Source: Podospora anserina
Taxonomy: Eukaryota
Length of the DNA stretch: 64,000 bases
Assembly: GCA_017654855.1 (NCBI GenBank)
Contig: CM030334.1
Location: 744,001-808,000, forward strand
Direction: 5' to 3'
The notes beneath the pieces were generated by a model. The model was not told where the DNA came from. It saw only the letters and a program-made list of their open reading frames with translations, and searched no databases. Positions 1 to 11,393 of the stretch are shown here, piece after piece (within the stretch, counting starts at the first letter, position 1; each line of letters begins with the position of its first letter). Made by a program: the position numbers and the translations under genes.

Positions 1-105
1 CAATCTGAACACTCCAAATCCGCAAGAATAGATCGAAACAACTGTGTGATCCGTGTCAGCGGAAACCTCCCCGAGGCAAGTATTCATAACCTGTTCTGTT
101 ATACA

Positions 106-1232
106 ATATCGGGACCTGACTGAAGAAGACCGCCGCAGGAAGCGCGAGCACTACCGAATTATTCCCCATTCCCGTACAAGCCTCAGACCGAACACTCCCT
201 CGAGGTAACGTGGAGCGGCCACCAAGACATCGGAATTAGCCCCCTACCAATCGTTATTACCAGAAGATGCTTCGGAGGAAGGCTATCGCCGGTCATGGAG
301 GTCGAGTTTCCCGCGGCCGTGTCCGGCAACATGACGGCTATTCTCAAGCTCTTCGATCCCCGACACCCCCCGACGTTTCCCATGGGACAGAGAGGGCTTC
401 TTCGACCCCATGGACCCCATGACCAATTGGCATGGGAAGATTTTGTACGAAAGGACAAACTAAGGCCGTTCCTCGACGAAATTACGGCAGTAGAGAAACA
501 AGGCCTGTGGTCCGCATGGTATGAGCTAGGCGACGAAGAACCGCAATCACACGAGGCATTGGGTAGATACGAAGCAGGCCTGTATCGCACAACATTGGAG
601 GAGTTCGACAGCGAGACAAGGGCGTATGGACGGTTCAGGGATCTGCAAGGGAAATGCATTCCAAGGCTTTATGCCCACGTTTTCATCCAGGCGCAAACGG
701 CTGATCCAGCCCTGGCTGGACGACCCGAGTTCAGCATCTTCGGTATTTTCATGGAATCCATCCGAGGCTTCATCCTAGAAAAACTCCCAGATCTTCCCGC
801 CTCCGACGCTCCGCCCAAGGAGCTCTGGAAGACGATTGTTCAAGATGCTGTCTACGCAGCAAACGAGATCAATAAGCGAGGTGTGGTCATGCTTGACTGT
901 AGAGCTGGCAACGCCTTGGTAGAACACGACACGCATCGTGTTGTGATTCACGATTTGCCCAGTGCCAATTCCGCGACGAGGTAGAAGCCATGTATGCAGA
1001 GCAGAAAGCAGAGGCCGAGGAGGGCGACGAAGAGGAAGACAACGGGGGGGAAGCTCATGAGTGGGAATCGAGCGATGGTCTGCCCCGCAACTACGAAGAA
1101 TACGTCCGCTTCCATGGGAATTCATTTGCCATCGGAATGCCTCTCACAACCAAGATTTTGAGAAAGGCTGGCGTCGATCTAGAGCATAGCATCCGCTATC
1201 TTTGCCGGGATAAAGAGGTGGATGTCTCTTAG
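106..1232 (+). pseudogene. Fungal protein-kinase-like gene, disrupted
   Basis: ORF 295-984 has E..AY.R...LQG..IP.LY and a catalytic-loop-like MLDCRAGN. One missing T near 955 breaks HDF(AQCQFRDE), which would join ORF 990-1232. Upstream, the same frame has ACA-ATA at 103-108 (probable lost ATG) and TGA at 121. Confidence 0.65.
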
Positions 1233-1586
1233 TCTTTCCGGACAGATTTGCGATAGTTTGCTTCACCGCCTCATGTCGGTACTGTTGGTTAATGAAGTGG
1301 CGAAGTCGGCTGTGCTGTTGCTGACTGGAGTTGGCCCGAAAAAGGTGGCCCTCGCAGACTGTTGGCAGAAGATCTTTGCAGGACCAACCGTTCAGTGTGT
1401 GAGGTCGTCTGATACGACAAGCTTCACCCCACCTCCTAAGCATCTCCAGGCAGAACTTACAGCCAAGCCACCCTGCTTATTAACAGCGGCAGTATAGCAA
1501 AGGACTATTTAACGTGCACTCGAACCGATAACTCTCTGAACTCACACACTCTCGCTACTAACCAGACACTGAAGACTGTATCCATC

Positions 1587-3430
1587 ATGGCTCAATCAAG
1601 GGAGTTAGTAGACCCATCAGCGGTGGTCAATCGCTATCGCGCGTTCGATAGATGGCAAGTAGCCGATCTCCCACCTTCCTTTTCGCGAAAATTCCTAACG
1701 AGAACCATCACAGGACCAAGGCTGGTAGTTCCACCCGCAAGGACGTCTTCCTCCACACGCACCAAATCATCAAAGAAATCCATCCCGACCACCATGTCAC
1801 CAGAGCGAGACCAGGAGGCGAGATGGACCTGCTAGGCTATGCAGCCGCAGGTCACGCAACCGCCGTTCAGGACAACTACAACCCCTCCGGGACCAATGAC
1901 GTGCCAACCCACAACGTCCCCGGCTTCTACCTTGACGCTGTCCGCGCCTACAAAGCCAGCCCCAAGCCCTTTGACCGACCAGGAGGAACCCTGATTGACA
2001 AGATCTATTTCGGCCGCTGGCTCTACACCTGGCAAGACTTGACCTTCATCCTCTACAAATGCGTCGTCCAAAACACCGACTGTGGCAACGATGTCATGCA
2101 TTACCTCCTCGCTCCCAACGACGCAGACAAGGTAGATGAGCTTGGCCACCACCTCGACACTGACAGGCTTCTTCTCGCAGCAGGCGACTGGTCATGCACT
2201 CTCCACAACGAGATATACGTCTACGATAACGGCGACTGGATCAAGGACCCCCTTCTGTGGCAGAGCGTGCAGGGTGCCTCTTGGGACGATGTGATTCTGG
2301 AGTCAGCCATGAAAGACGCCTTGATGAGAGACGTTATTGGTTTCTTCGACACGAGAGATGTCTACCAAGACCTCGGGCTCATGTGGAAGAGGGGCATCAT
2401 CCTCCACGGCCTTCCTGGTAACGGAAAGACCGCCTCCATCAAGGCGCTGATTAACTCCCTCGAGGCCAGAGGCAAAGAAGACGGCTCTAAGAGAATTCCA
2501 AGCCTGTACGTCAAAGCCTTTGACAGCTCCATGGGCGGAAAGTGGTCCATCCGGTACATTTTCGAGCACGCCAGGAAGATGGCCCCCTGCGTTCTCATCT
2601 TTGAGGATTTGGACTCGTTGGTGTTGGATGAGTACAGGAGCTACTTCCTGAACGAGGTTGATGGACTCGAGTCCAACGAGGGCATCCTCATGATTGGAAG
2701 TACGAACCATTTGTCCAAACTCGATCCTGCAATTGCCAAGAGACCTAGCCGCTTCGACAGGAAGTACCACTTCAAGCTGCCCAACGAGGAGACGAGGAAG
2801 AGATACGCAGAGTACTGGAGGAAGAAGCTGGAGAGCAAGCCGATCGTGGCAGACAAGTTTGAGGAAGAAATTACCTATCTTGTCGCCCAGTTGACGGACG
2901 GATTCAGCTTCGCCTACATCAGAGAGCTGTTCATGTCGTCGCTTCTGGCGCTTGTGCGCGGCTTCAATCCTGACGTTGTGGAGGAGGATCCCAAGGAAGA
3001 CGATGCTGGTGATGAGAGCTCCTCGACCGCCGGTGACGGCGTAATTGTTGAGAAACCCGCAATCGTGGGAGAGGGCAATGCCGGGATGGAAAATACCGAG
3101 GAGCAGGAGAAGACTGGCGAAAAGACTAAAAAGTCCAAGCCCAAGCGGGTGTTCCCTGTGCTGGATATACCCGAGTATCTCCAGGACAACCTGCTGCTCA
3201 AGATCATCATATCCCAAGCAAAGATCCTTTTTGAGGAGATGGACCGTGACGATGATGAACAGAAAGAGAAGGAAGGGGACGGTGATGGCGCCATTCGGAG
3301 GATCCGAATGAAGCGTGGTTTACCGGCACCACGGATGCAACTGGTAAGCGGGACCACTGCTGCTAGCCCTCCTGCTGATTTCGCTCCTGATGATTCCGCT
3401 CCTGATGACACGGATCTCTTGAGGATGTAA
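1587..3430 (+). CDS. AAA+ ATPase (proteasome-activating nucleotidase-like fungal family)
   Basis: Walker A GLPGNGKT, Walker B VLIFEDLD, SRH STNH..LDPA...RPSRFDRK. Exon 1 (1587-1654) joins the long ORF through a predicted GC-AG intron at 1655-1713. Confidence 0.9.
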
Positions 3431-3531
3431 AGAGCAATGGTGTTGTGAGCAATCAATCTGAATATACGCATGCTATCAGTCTGTCAAGTTAGAAAATGAG
3501 ATACCTATACGAAAGTACAGCGTTCACTGTT

Positions 3532-6500
3532 TCATGCCCTCTTCCTCTGTGCCCCTGCCCCCCTGGGCACTCGAAACATCCAATAAAAGCCCAATGCCGC
3601 CACAATATTGACCACAATGTACACCCACACAATGCCGAAATCCCTCCACCTGGTATCATAACTCAGTTCAAACCTAGCCAAAAAATCATCCGTTGAACCC
3701 AACGGACAATAGCCACACAGATCCAACGCATCCCCGTTCAACACCCTTCCCCCAGCAGCCTGGGCAAACGGCCCCAGAAACTCACCACACGTCATGTTTT
3801 GCGGTGGCACCACATGCAACACTTCATAGTCCGCACAGACAACATCTGCCCCCGCGACAGCAGTCGACATATGCCCCCGGCCAGATACGTCGCCGGCGAG
3901 ACCCGGTACATAAACTTCCAAAATGCGGGCAAATCCCCTGGCAGCACGCCAATACCACAAAACAAGATGCAAAGCACCCACAACAGCGTCGTCAGCACTC
4001 CCGCTTCTTCAGGGAGATCAATCCACACAATCGCAAAGTGGGCGACGGTGCTCGTGAACAAGAGATACTCCCACAGGAACAAAAACACCAAGAACCCCCT
4101 GATGGTCTGGTCATCGGGCGTGGAGTTGCGGACAAATCCAACGGGGTAGTACCAACAAAAGAATATGATGACCTCCATAAGTGTGCTCCAGCCCAGTTCG
4201 ATCAGGACATTGGCCGTCACAAAGGTTGTCCAGTGGTAGACTTTGGAGAGTCGTTCGCGGGCTTCGTAGAGGTTGCGCTGGGGTATGAACATGGGCATAA
4301 TCTGCTCATTGTAGTGCATGAAGAGCACGAAGAAAATAAAGATGGCCCAGAGTTGGTTCTGCAGGCCCTGGATTGAGTTGTTGGAGGGATAGCTGAAGCC
4401 AAGGTACAGGGACTGTTAGGTGATTGTCAGGGTTAATCCTCACAAACACGGTCAAGGAGTCTCACCGAAAGCGTGAACAAGGCAACTTTGGACCAAATGT
4501 ATGCTGGAGATCGCCAGAAATACTTGATGATGCGGAGAGCGACCTCCCAGAATTAGGTTGAAAAGGAAGAGACAGATTCCTGATGCCGGCTTCCACGATC
4601 GTTGGTCTTGACCGCGCCAGCTTGGTCCGAGGCGAGAGATCGGAGTCGTGCAAGTTCCTGCTTGACACTTTGATACCCCGGAGAGGAGCACCAGACATGA
4701 TGCCAGTCGATGGTAGAAGCATCCTCGTCAGGTGGCTCGATGACCTGTAGCATCCACTCTGCGGAGTTCTCACCTTCTGCAATGGGTGGTGCCCCATTTT
4801 GTTCGAAGTATTCAATGAGAGTCGACGCGTTTGGACCCAAGTCTGTGTTTCATCTAGGGGTGAGCCTTTATCAAAGGGAAGGGCAGTGTAACCTACCGCC
4901 GAAGTACACCGTTCTCCCACCAGGGGCAAACAACAGGAGACGGTCAAACTGGTTGAACAAGATAGCAGAAGGTTGGTGGATGGTGCAGAGCACAGCTTGC
5001 CCGTTGTTGGCGAGCTTTTTGATTAGCGTGGAGATCACCCAAGAGCTTTGTGAATCAAGCCCCGATGTGGGCTCGTCGAAGAATATCAGCAGCTGCGGCC
5101 GGGCTGCCAGTTCCACCCCGATTGTAAGAAGTTTTCTTTGCTCGATGTTGAGACCTTCGCCAGGCACACCGATGATGGCATCCGCGAAGTCTTGCATCTC
5201 TAGCATATCTATTACATGATCAACGTAGAGCAGCTTTTCCTTTCGCGATGTCTCAGCCGGTTGTCGAAGAATAGCGCTGAATTCTAGCGCCTCTCGTATT
5301 GTCATCGTACTCAGGTGTAAGTCCTGCTGTTGTGCGTAGCCAACCTGATGTTGAAATGTGGCATCGGTCGGGACCCCATCGATAAGTGTGTCGCCTGTCA
5401 CGACACCAACTGAAACACGGACGGCGAGTGTATCAGTAATGTGGTCTTTCCAGCCCCTGAAAACCCCTACAGTGGACCTCTTGTTAGTACATCTACCTCT
5501 TTCCGTGGATGGAGGAGGCCTCGTGAGGTCCACGGAAGAGGAAGTGGTACGTACCATGAGAATTGTAGACACTCCGGGCTTGACCCAACATCAACGTGGT
5601 CAAGCAGCCGGTGCTCCTCGCCCTTGATTTTGATGTCGTAACAAAGATCTTCCCAATGGAAGATTGACCTCCCTCTTGTGAGGCCAGTAGAGCCAGGTGC
5701 CAAGGTTCCCTTTTCTACCGTTACCACATGTTGTTCCTGGGCCAAAGCCTCGGTATCCGAGTCGACTGAATGCCGTGGGCGAGAAACAGCTCCAGCCCTC
5801 CCGAAAACAAGTACCTTCCCTCTGGTTTTCGGCGGTCGTGCAAACTCGGCGGTGGCGAGATAGACGGCAAAGAAAAGGATCATGAACCCCACGATAATCG
5901 CCACGTTTCTCCATTTGTGCTCATTCCAGTAATTAAACGACAGGTTAATGTACTTAGTCACCGCGGACATGAGAAGACCCCGGCTCCGCACCAACAACAG
6001 AGCAAAACTGCGAGTGAGGCGGCAGACCTTCGTAGCCTGGGCCTTGCGGTATCATACTAGCACACGGAAATTCCCTCTCATGAGATTCGTTTGCCATCAA
6101 GGACTCAAAGGCATAGCTAAGAGGTTGATAGAGACCATCCATCGTGACCAGTTTGGCATGTATGCAGTGGGCAAGGTAAAGCCCGTGTAAATAATCAATC
6201 CAATACCGAGAAGGGCGCTCGGTATCATGGCCTCCTCAAGGGAGCGGGTTATGCTGGCCAAAGTGCGAAACATGGCCGACAGAGTAAGCGTCGATAGGAG
6301 GGTAATGAGACAAAAGAGGAAGAAGGCGCTGACCTCCCGTCTAAGATGAGCCGTAAAGTAAACCATTATGTTGAACACGAACATGTTGATAATCTTGTAA
6401 GGGAGACCGCAAAGATAGCTGGCAAAAGCTTGTGCCGATTGATGGTAAAACGCGTAGCGATTATGCTTCTCGACAACGGGGCGTTCGGCGTAGATGGTGA

Positions 6501-8119
6501 TGACCTCAAGCTGGCTAGCGAAGGCGTTGAACATCAATGAAAAGAAGATGATACCGCCCCGGTAATAGAAGCTAGAGGAGTCTTCTTTGAGGTTGTAAAA
6601 CATGGTTCCCAGGACTATGGCTATGATCAAGAAGAAGACCAGCGACGTAATCGTGAAGGCAGGGTCGGCCAACAGTCTTCTCCAGGCACGCCAATACGCC
6701 AAAGCAACCTGTTGCGAGTATGAAATGATATACGGTGAGTTCGTGCGCTGTCCTTTGGCCTGCTCCTGTCGTCTGGATCCGCGATAGTCGGTGAGCCGTA
6801 TTTGCTGTGGGTGCTTCTCTTCGTACACCATTAACTCCTGCAATAGCTTCTGCCTTTGCGGGGATTGAATCCATCTTTGCTAAATTCATCTGGCGTTCGT
6901 GGCACCAAGTTCTCGTAGCCTGGTTTGGGGCGTCGTTCGTGAGGGCTTGTCATTGATGTCAAAAAGTCAGGGACTGTTTGTCTGTCGGGGCACTGAAAGC
7001 CCAAGTCCTCAAAATATCTCTTTGCGTCCTGAGCCGGGCTGAAAAAGATCTGTCTTCCCTCGTATATAACCGTGACACGATCAAACAAATCGTATGCGGA
7101 CTGGGGAGCTTGGTACAGCGACACCACAGATGCAACATCGCAAAGGTCAGCTTGGAGGCGCAAATTCCGACAGAAGTTGATGGCATTGGCACTGTCAAGC
7201 CCGCGGGTTGAGTTGTCCCAGCACTGAAGCTTGGCTCATGTCAGTGCTGCCTCTGCGATGCTGACCCGTTTTCGTTTACCCCCACTGACCCCTTTAACAT
7301 CCTCGTCGCCGACTCGTGTGTTTACGGTATGTGTCAGCCCAAAGATGGCCATCATGACATCGCGCCTGATTAGAGCGAGCTCCTGACGTGTGAAACCCCC
7401 AGGTACGTGACGAACACTGCGGGCCAAGCTGGCGAAGGACAGCGTTTCGCCGACGGTAAGATGAGCTAGGTGGACGTCAAGCTCAGCATTGTAAAGAACA
7501 TCACCCCGAAGGGAGCCGCGAATGTGTTTCGGGTGAATCCCTATCGAGGAGCACATGTGTTAAAAGCCGAACCAGAAGGTGGGGACGAGGATGGTTGGCA
7601 AATACCTCTATAATTCAGGTAAGACTCTGGATCGATCTCCAAGTCTGCGGTTTGAGATGCGAGCGTCTTGAGCAAAGTCGAACAGCCAGCTCCCGGTGGT
7701 CCCAACACAAGAAGCATCTCTCCCCCTTCCACCACCCCTTCAAAGCCCTCAGAATTCGTTTCGGGGTGTTGCTTCGGCGGTTGTAACGAACCGCACAGGT
7801 TCTTGACTACCTCCACCACAACACTTGAGACTGACTGCTGGACCTGAGTCCCTGTATTCCAGCCATGGACGTTTGGATTTTGAAAAGCCACACCAAGGGC
7901 TCGGTTGGGCGCGCATTTAGGGTCCCCCTCGGAGAAGTTGATGAATTCTCTGGTCCAGGCACGGGCGTCAAATATCGCTGCTTTGGGGTCGAGCATGCTC
8001 CCGGGTATGGGGTCGATGGGGCCATTGCGAGTATTCAAAGTTCCGCTGATTCGTTGCGCGAGTTGCTTCAGTTCTTTTGTGGCATCCTCAGGTTGGGGCT
8101 GACTGGGTAGTTCGGCCAT
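3532..8119 (-). pseudogene. PDR-type (ABCG) multidrug ABC transporter, multiply disrupted
   Basis: PDR motifs are spread over many frames: [76 protein letters not shown]. There is an in-frame TGA at 7236-7238 and frameshifts including inside the NBD2 Walker A (~5430-5465). Confidence 0.9.
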
Positions 8120-8652
8120 CGTCGTAGGCGTTCAACGCGGAAAGGCTGAAGGGTGTTGAAGCTCGGGTAGCGGGTGCCATGGTAACGGGAGCCATGGTAA
8201 CGGGAAAGGGCAGCGGTGAGGCTTTTGAGCACCCCGGACCAGCAACGCGATAGGCAGATGACAGAGCAGTTGGTCGTCAAGCTTGCTCTTGCTGTGAGAA
8301 CGAAAGAGAAACAACCAACAAACTCCTTGGCACCCCTGTCTGCTCTCAGATTAGACGCGCAACGTTGATGTCTCCGTAGAGAGGCAATGGAGATACAACC
8401 GTGTTCAAGTTGCATTCGCTTCAGGAATCTCTTCCATGTTCTGCTCGGGGCGAATCCCTCCGCATCCTGAAATCGTCAGTATAATGTCCGAGACGGAGCA
8501 AACGAGCAACCGCCCCGAAGAATATGTCCACTTACGGCACTCGGCTCAGGTCTTGGCTCCGGCGTTGGCTGTCTTGGCTCGGCGAGAGCGGGACCCCAGC
8601 GCGGCCATGCCCAACGACAACGGAGGTTCTGGCGATTCTCAGATGGGCAGAT

Positions 8653-8988
8653 TGTGACGAACCCCTATCCAGAACCTCTGAAAAGGATGCTGGTTGAAGG
8701 TACTTCTGAATAATCCTAGTTCGGTACAGTTAAACAGTGTACAATAAATGGCTTATCTCAATCACAATAACTAAAATACTAACGATCATAATTTATATTA
8801 CATACTACGGAACTATTTATCTATACTAGCCAGTTCCTTCGTATATATAGACCTTAGGACCGTGGACCGTTGACTTACAGACAGTCCTCGGTCCACTCCT
8901 GATTGGCCGATGCTAGACCGTGGACCGTGAGCCCCGCCGCGGTCCCCGGTCCCCATCTTATTAGTCCGTTCTGTCCACCTGGACCGTA
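8653..8988 (-). mobile_element. Truncated Ty3/gypsy LTR (U3 type 1)
   Basis: Starts TGTGACGAACCCCT like the other family LTRs. It matches 49903-50301 but stops at ...GGACCGTA and joins internal sequence directly. Confidence 0.85.
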
Positions 8989-9070
8989 CTTAAGATATAT
9001 AATATTATTTATACTTAGGTCCCTTTATACTTTTTAACCTCGTAGTATAGTATATAGTACGTCGGCTATT

Positions 9071-9486
9071 TGTGACGAACCCCTATCCAGAACCTCTGAA
9101 AGGGATACTGGTTGAAGGTAACTTCTGAATAATCCTGGTTCGGTGCAGCTAAATAGTGCACAACAAATGGCTTGTCTCGATCACAATAGCTAAAATACCA
9201 CGATTGTGACTTGTCATTGCATACTGCGGAACTGTCTATCTACACCAGCCAGTTCCTCCGCGTATATAGACCTCGTGCCAAGCCATGATCAGTCTCCCAA
9301 GACCACTGATCACCTCTGCTCAGTCTGCTCAGTGCCCTGAGCATACTGATCATCTCTGCTCAGTCTGCTCAGTGCCCTGAGCACACTAATTACTCGTCCT
9401 CCACTGTAATTAGCTTTCTTATACATTCTCCCGATTGGCTCCTACTCCCGTGGCCCCACAACCCGTCCTGCACCAGGGTTGTAACA
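9071..9486 (-). mobile_element. Solo LTR, Ty3 family (U3 type 2), 416 bp
   Basis: TG...CA ends with CTATT TSD at 9066-9070 and 9487-9491. Same length and type as 51542-51957. Confidence 0.95.
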
Positions 9487-10777
9487 CTATTATATTAAAG
9501 GTATAAGTTCGATTCCCGTCGAAGTTTTATATCTAAATTTATAAATATAGTTCGTAAATTTAAATACTAGCTTCTTAGTTACCCCGCCGGTAATATATTT
9601 TTAACTTTTTTTTATTACGGTAAAAGCATATAATATTAGTTAGGCTTAAATTCCTTTATACTTATTAATTTCGTAGTATAGTAGGTAGTATATTGATTAT
9701 TATATCGAAAGTATAGATTCGATTCCTATTAAGGTTTTTCCGTATTTAGATTTATAGATATATTTCCGTGAACCTAAGTACGGTTTTTTATTTTTTTAGG
9801 TTTTAATCGGTTTAAATATTACCGGTAAAATACTTTTTATTTATCCGGGTAATTAAGGTTTATTTTTAATTTTTATAAATTATTTATAGGCGGGTATCTT
9901 AATTAATTAACTAAATACTTTAATTAACTTTTATTAAATTATAAATTTAATATTTTTTTTATATTATAATTTTTTATCCTCCGTTACTACCTATATATTA
10001 ACCTTATTTACCGGTAGTACGGGTTTTAAAAATAAAATATAAAAAGTATATATTTATAAACGTATTATATTAAATAACTTTAATTCGAATACCGTTTTAA
10101 AATTTTCCTTTTAACCTTAAACGGGCCTACTCTCCTATAGTCTAGCTTCTTGCTAGGTCTTTTAATATATAAATTATATATAAAAAAGAATATTATATTT
10201 CTCTCTTTAAAGTAAGGTTCTGTGACGAACCCCTGTACAGAACCTCTGAAAGGGATACTAGTTAAAGGTAACTTCTGACAATTAGTTCGGTGCAGCTAAA
10301 TAGTGCACAACAAGATATCTCAATGTAAACACTAGCTACCGTAAATACAAGCTTAAATTACATACTGCGGAACTATCTATCTACACTAGCCAGTTCCTCC
10401 GTATATATAGACCTTAGGGCCGTAAGGTGCTCGCCCTGCTATAGGCCCGATTACTCCTAGCATATTACATCTGCATTGTACTCGTCGTGCTATACCTCTA
10501 ATTATCCCTAGTATCTTGCATCCTGCAGACTACTCGTAAGCCTTAGCGCTATAGCACTTTTGCCTAGCCCTAATCGGCTTATTCCCTGATTTCTTAAATA
10601 ATTAATTAGGGGCGACTTGCGCCCTATATATAGCGCGACCTGCCGTTAGGTTAATTATAATATAATGCTCCTTTTCCTAGGTTAACGCCCCGGCGACCGT
10701 ATTTCTAAAATAATTACCGATCTCCCTTTTTTCCGTATCTTTACTATAAATTCCTCTCCTCTCTTATCCTAACCGTT

Positions 10778-11393
10778 ATATTTAATCGTATAAGGAAATC
10801 GACTCGTACGAGTACCGACCGTCGTTATAATTAAATATATTTTTTTAAAAAGTTTAATTTTATTATACTTAAATATACTTATTATAAAGAGAATAATCTT
10901 TAATATATAGCTTCCCCTCGATACGACCGGTACCTTCCGTATATTAATTCGAGTCGTTCCTATTATAATATTTATAGCGTAAATCGTAAATTTCTTTTTT
11001 AACTTTCCCTTCCCCTTTCTAACTATTCCTATAGTCCGTCTTTTAATTAAAAAGAAAAAACGTTTAAATACCAAAAAGTAAATTACTTTAAATAAACTTT
11101 TTTATTTTAAAATATAATTATATACCTTTAAAGCTCGAGCCTTTATTACTTTTCGTTACAAATCTCGGCTCTTTAAGGAGGAAAAGAGAGAGTTTTTCGC
11201 GCGGCCTACTACCCTATATAGCCCGCCGGTAGCGGACGCTTCCGCTATTCCTTCCGATCTTTCCTTCCTAGATCCTTCCTTAGGCTTCGACTAGCCGCTT
11301 AACCTTTCCCTAAACCCGGATATAGCCGGTCCTTCCTTTTTAACCTCCTAAAATATTACCGCTAATATACTTTTTATTTCCTAAAGTAATTAA
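10778..11393 (+). pseudogene. RIP-destroyed antisense gene in Ty3 element: Zn(II)2Cys6 cluster + coiled coil
   Basis: TAY codons at 10874, 10883, 10904, 10931, 10940 and 10961/10964 give C-x2-C-x6-C-x8-C-x2-C-x6/7-C if TGY->TAY is reversed. A 49-nt intron lies at 10986-11034 (GTAAAT...CTAAC...TAG). Confidence 0.7.

Noticed and set aside
106-123. ATA/TGA rescue by sexual-stage A-to-I editing in the kinase-like gene
   Set aside because: The downstream frameshift near 955 cannot be fixed by editing, so pseudogenisation is simpler.
8167-8206. 15-bp duplication GCCATGGTAACGGGA upstream of the ABC pseudogene
   Set aside because: Only about 2.5 copies and no evidence of function.
10769-11074. Minus-strand 101-aa ORF (also ORFs 21724-21999, 58821-59012, 59221-59406, 59939-60124)
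   Set aside because: Chance frames in RIP-degraded or LTR sequence with no recognisable motifs.
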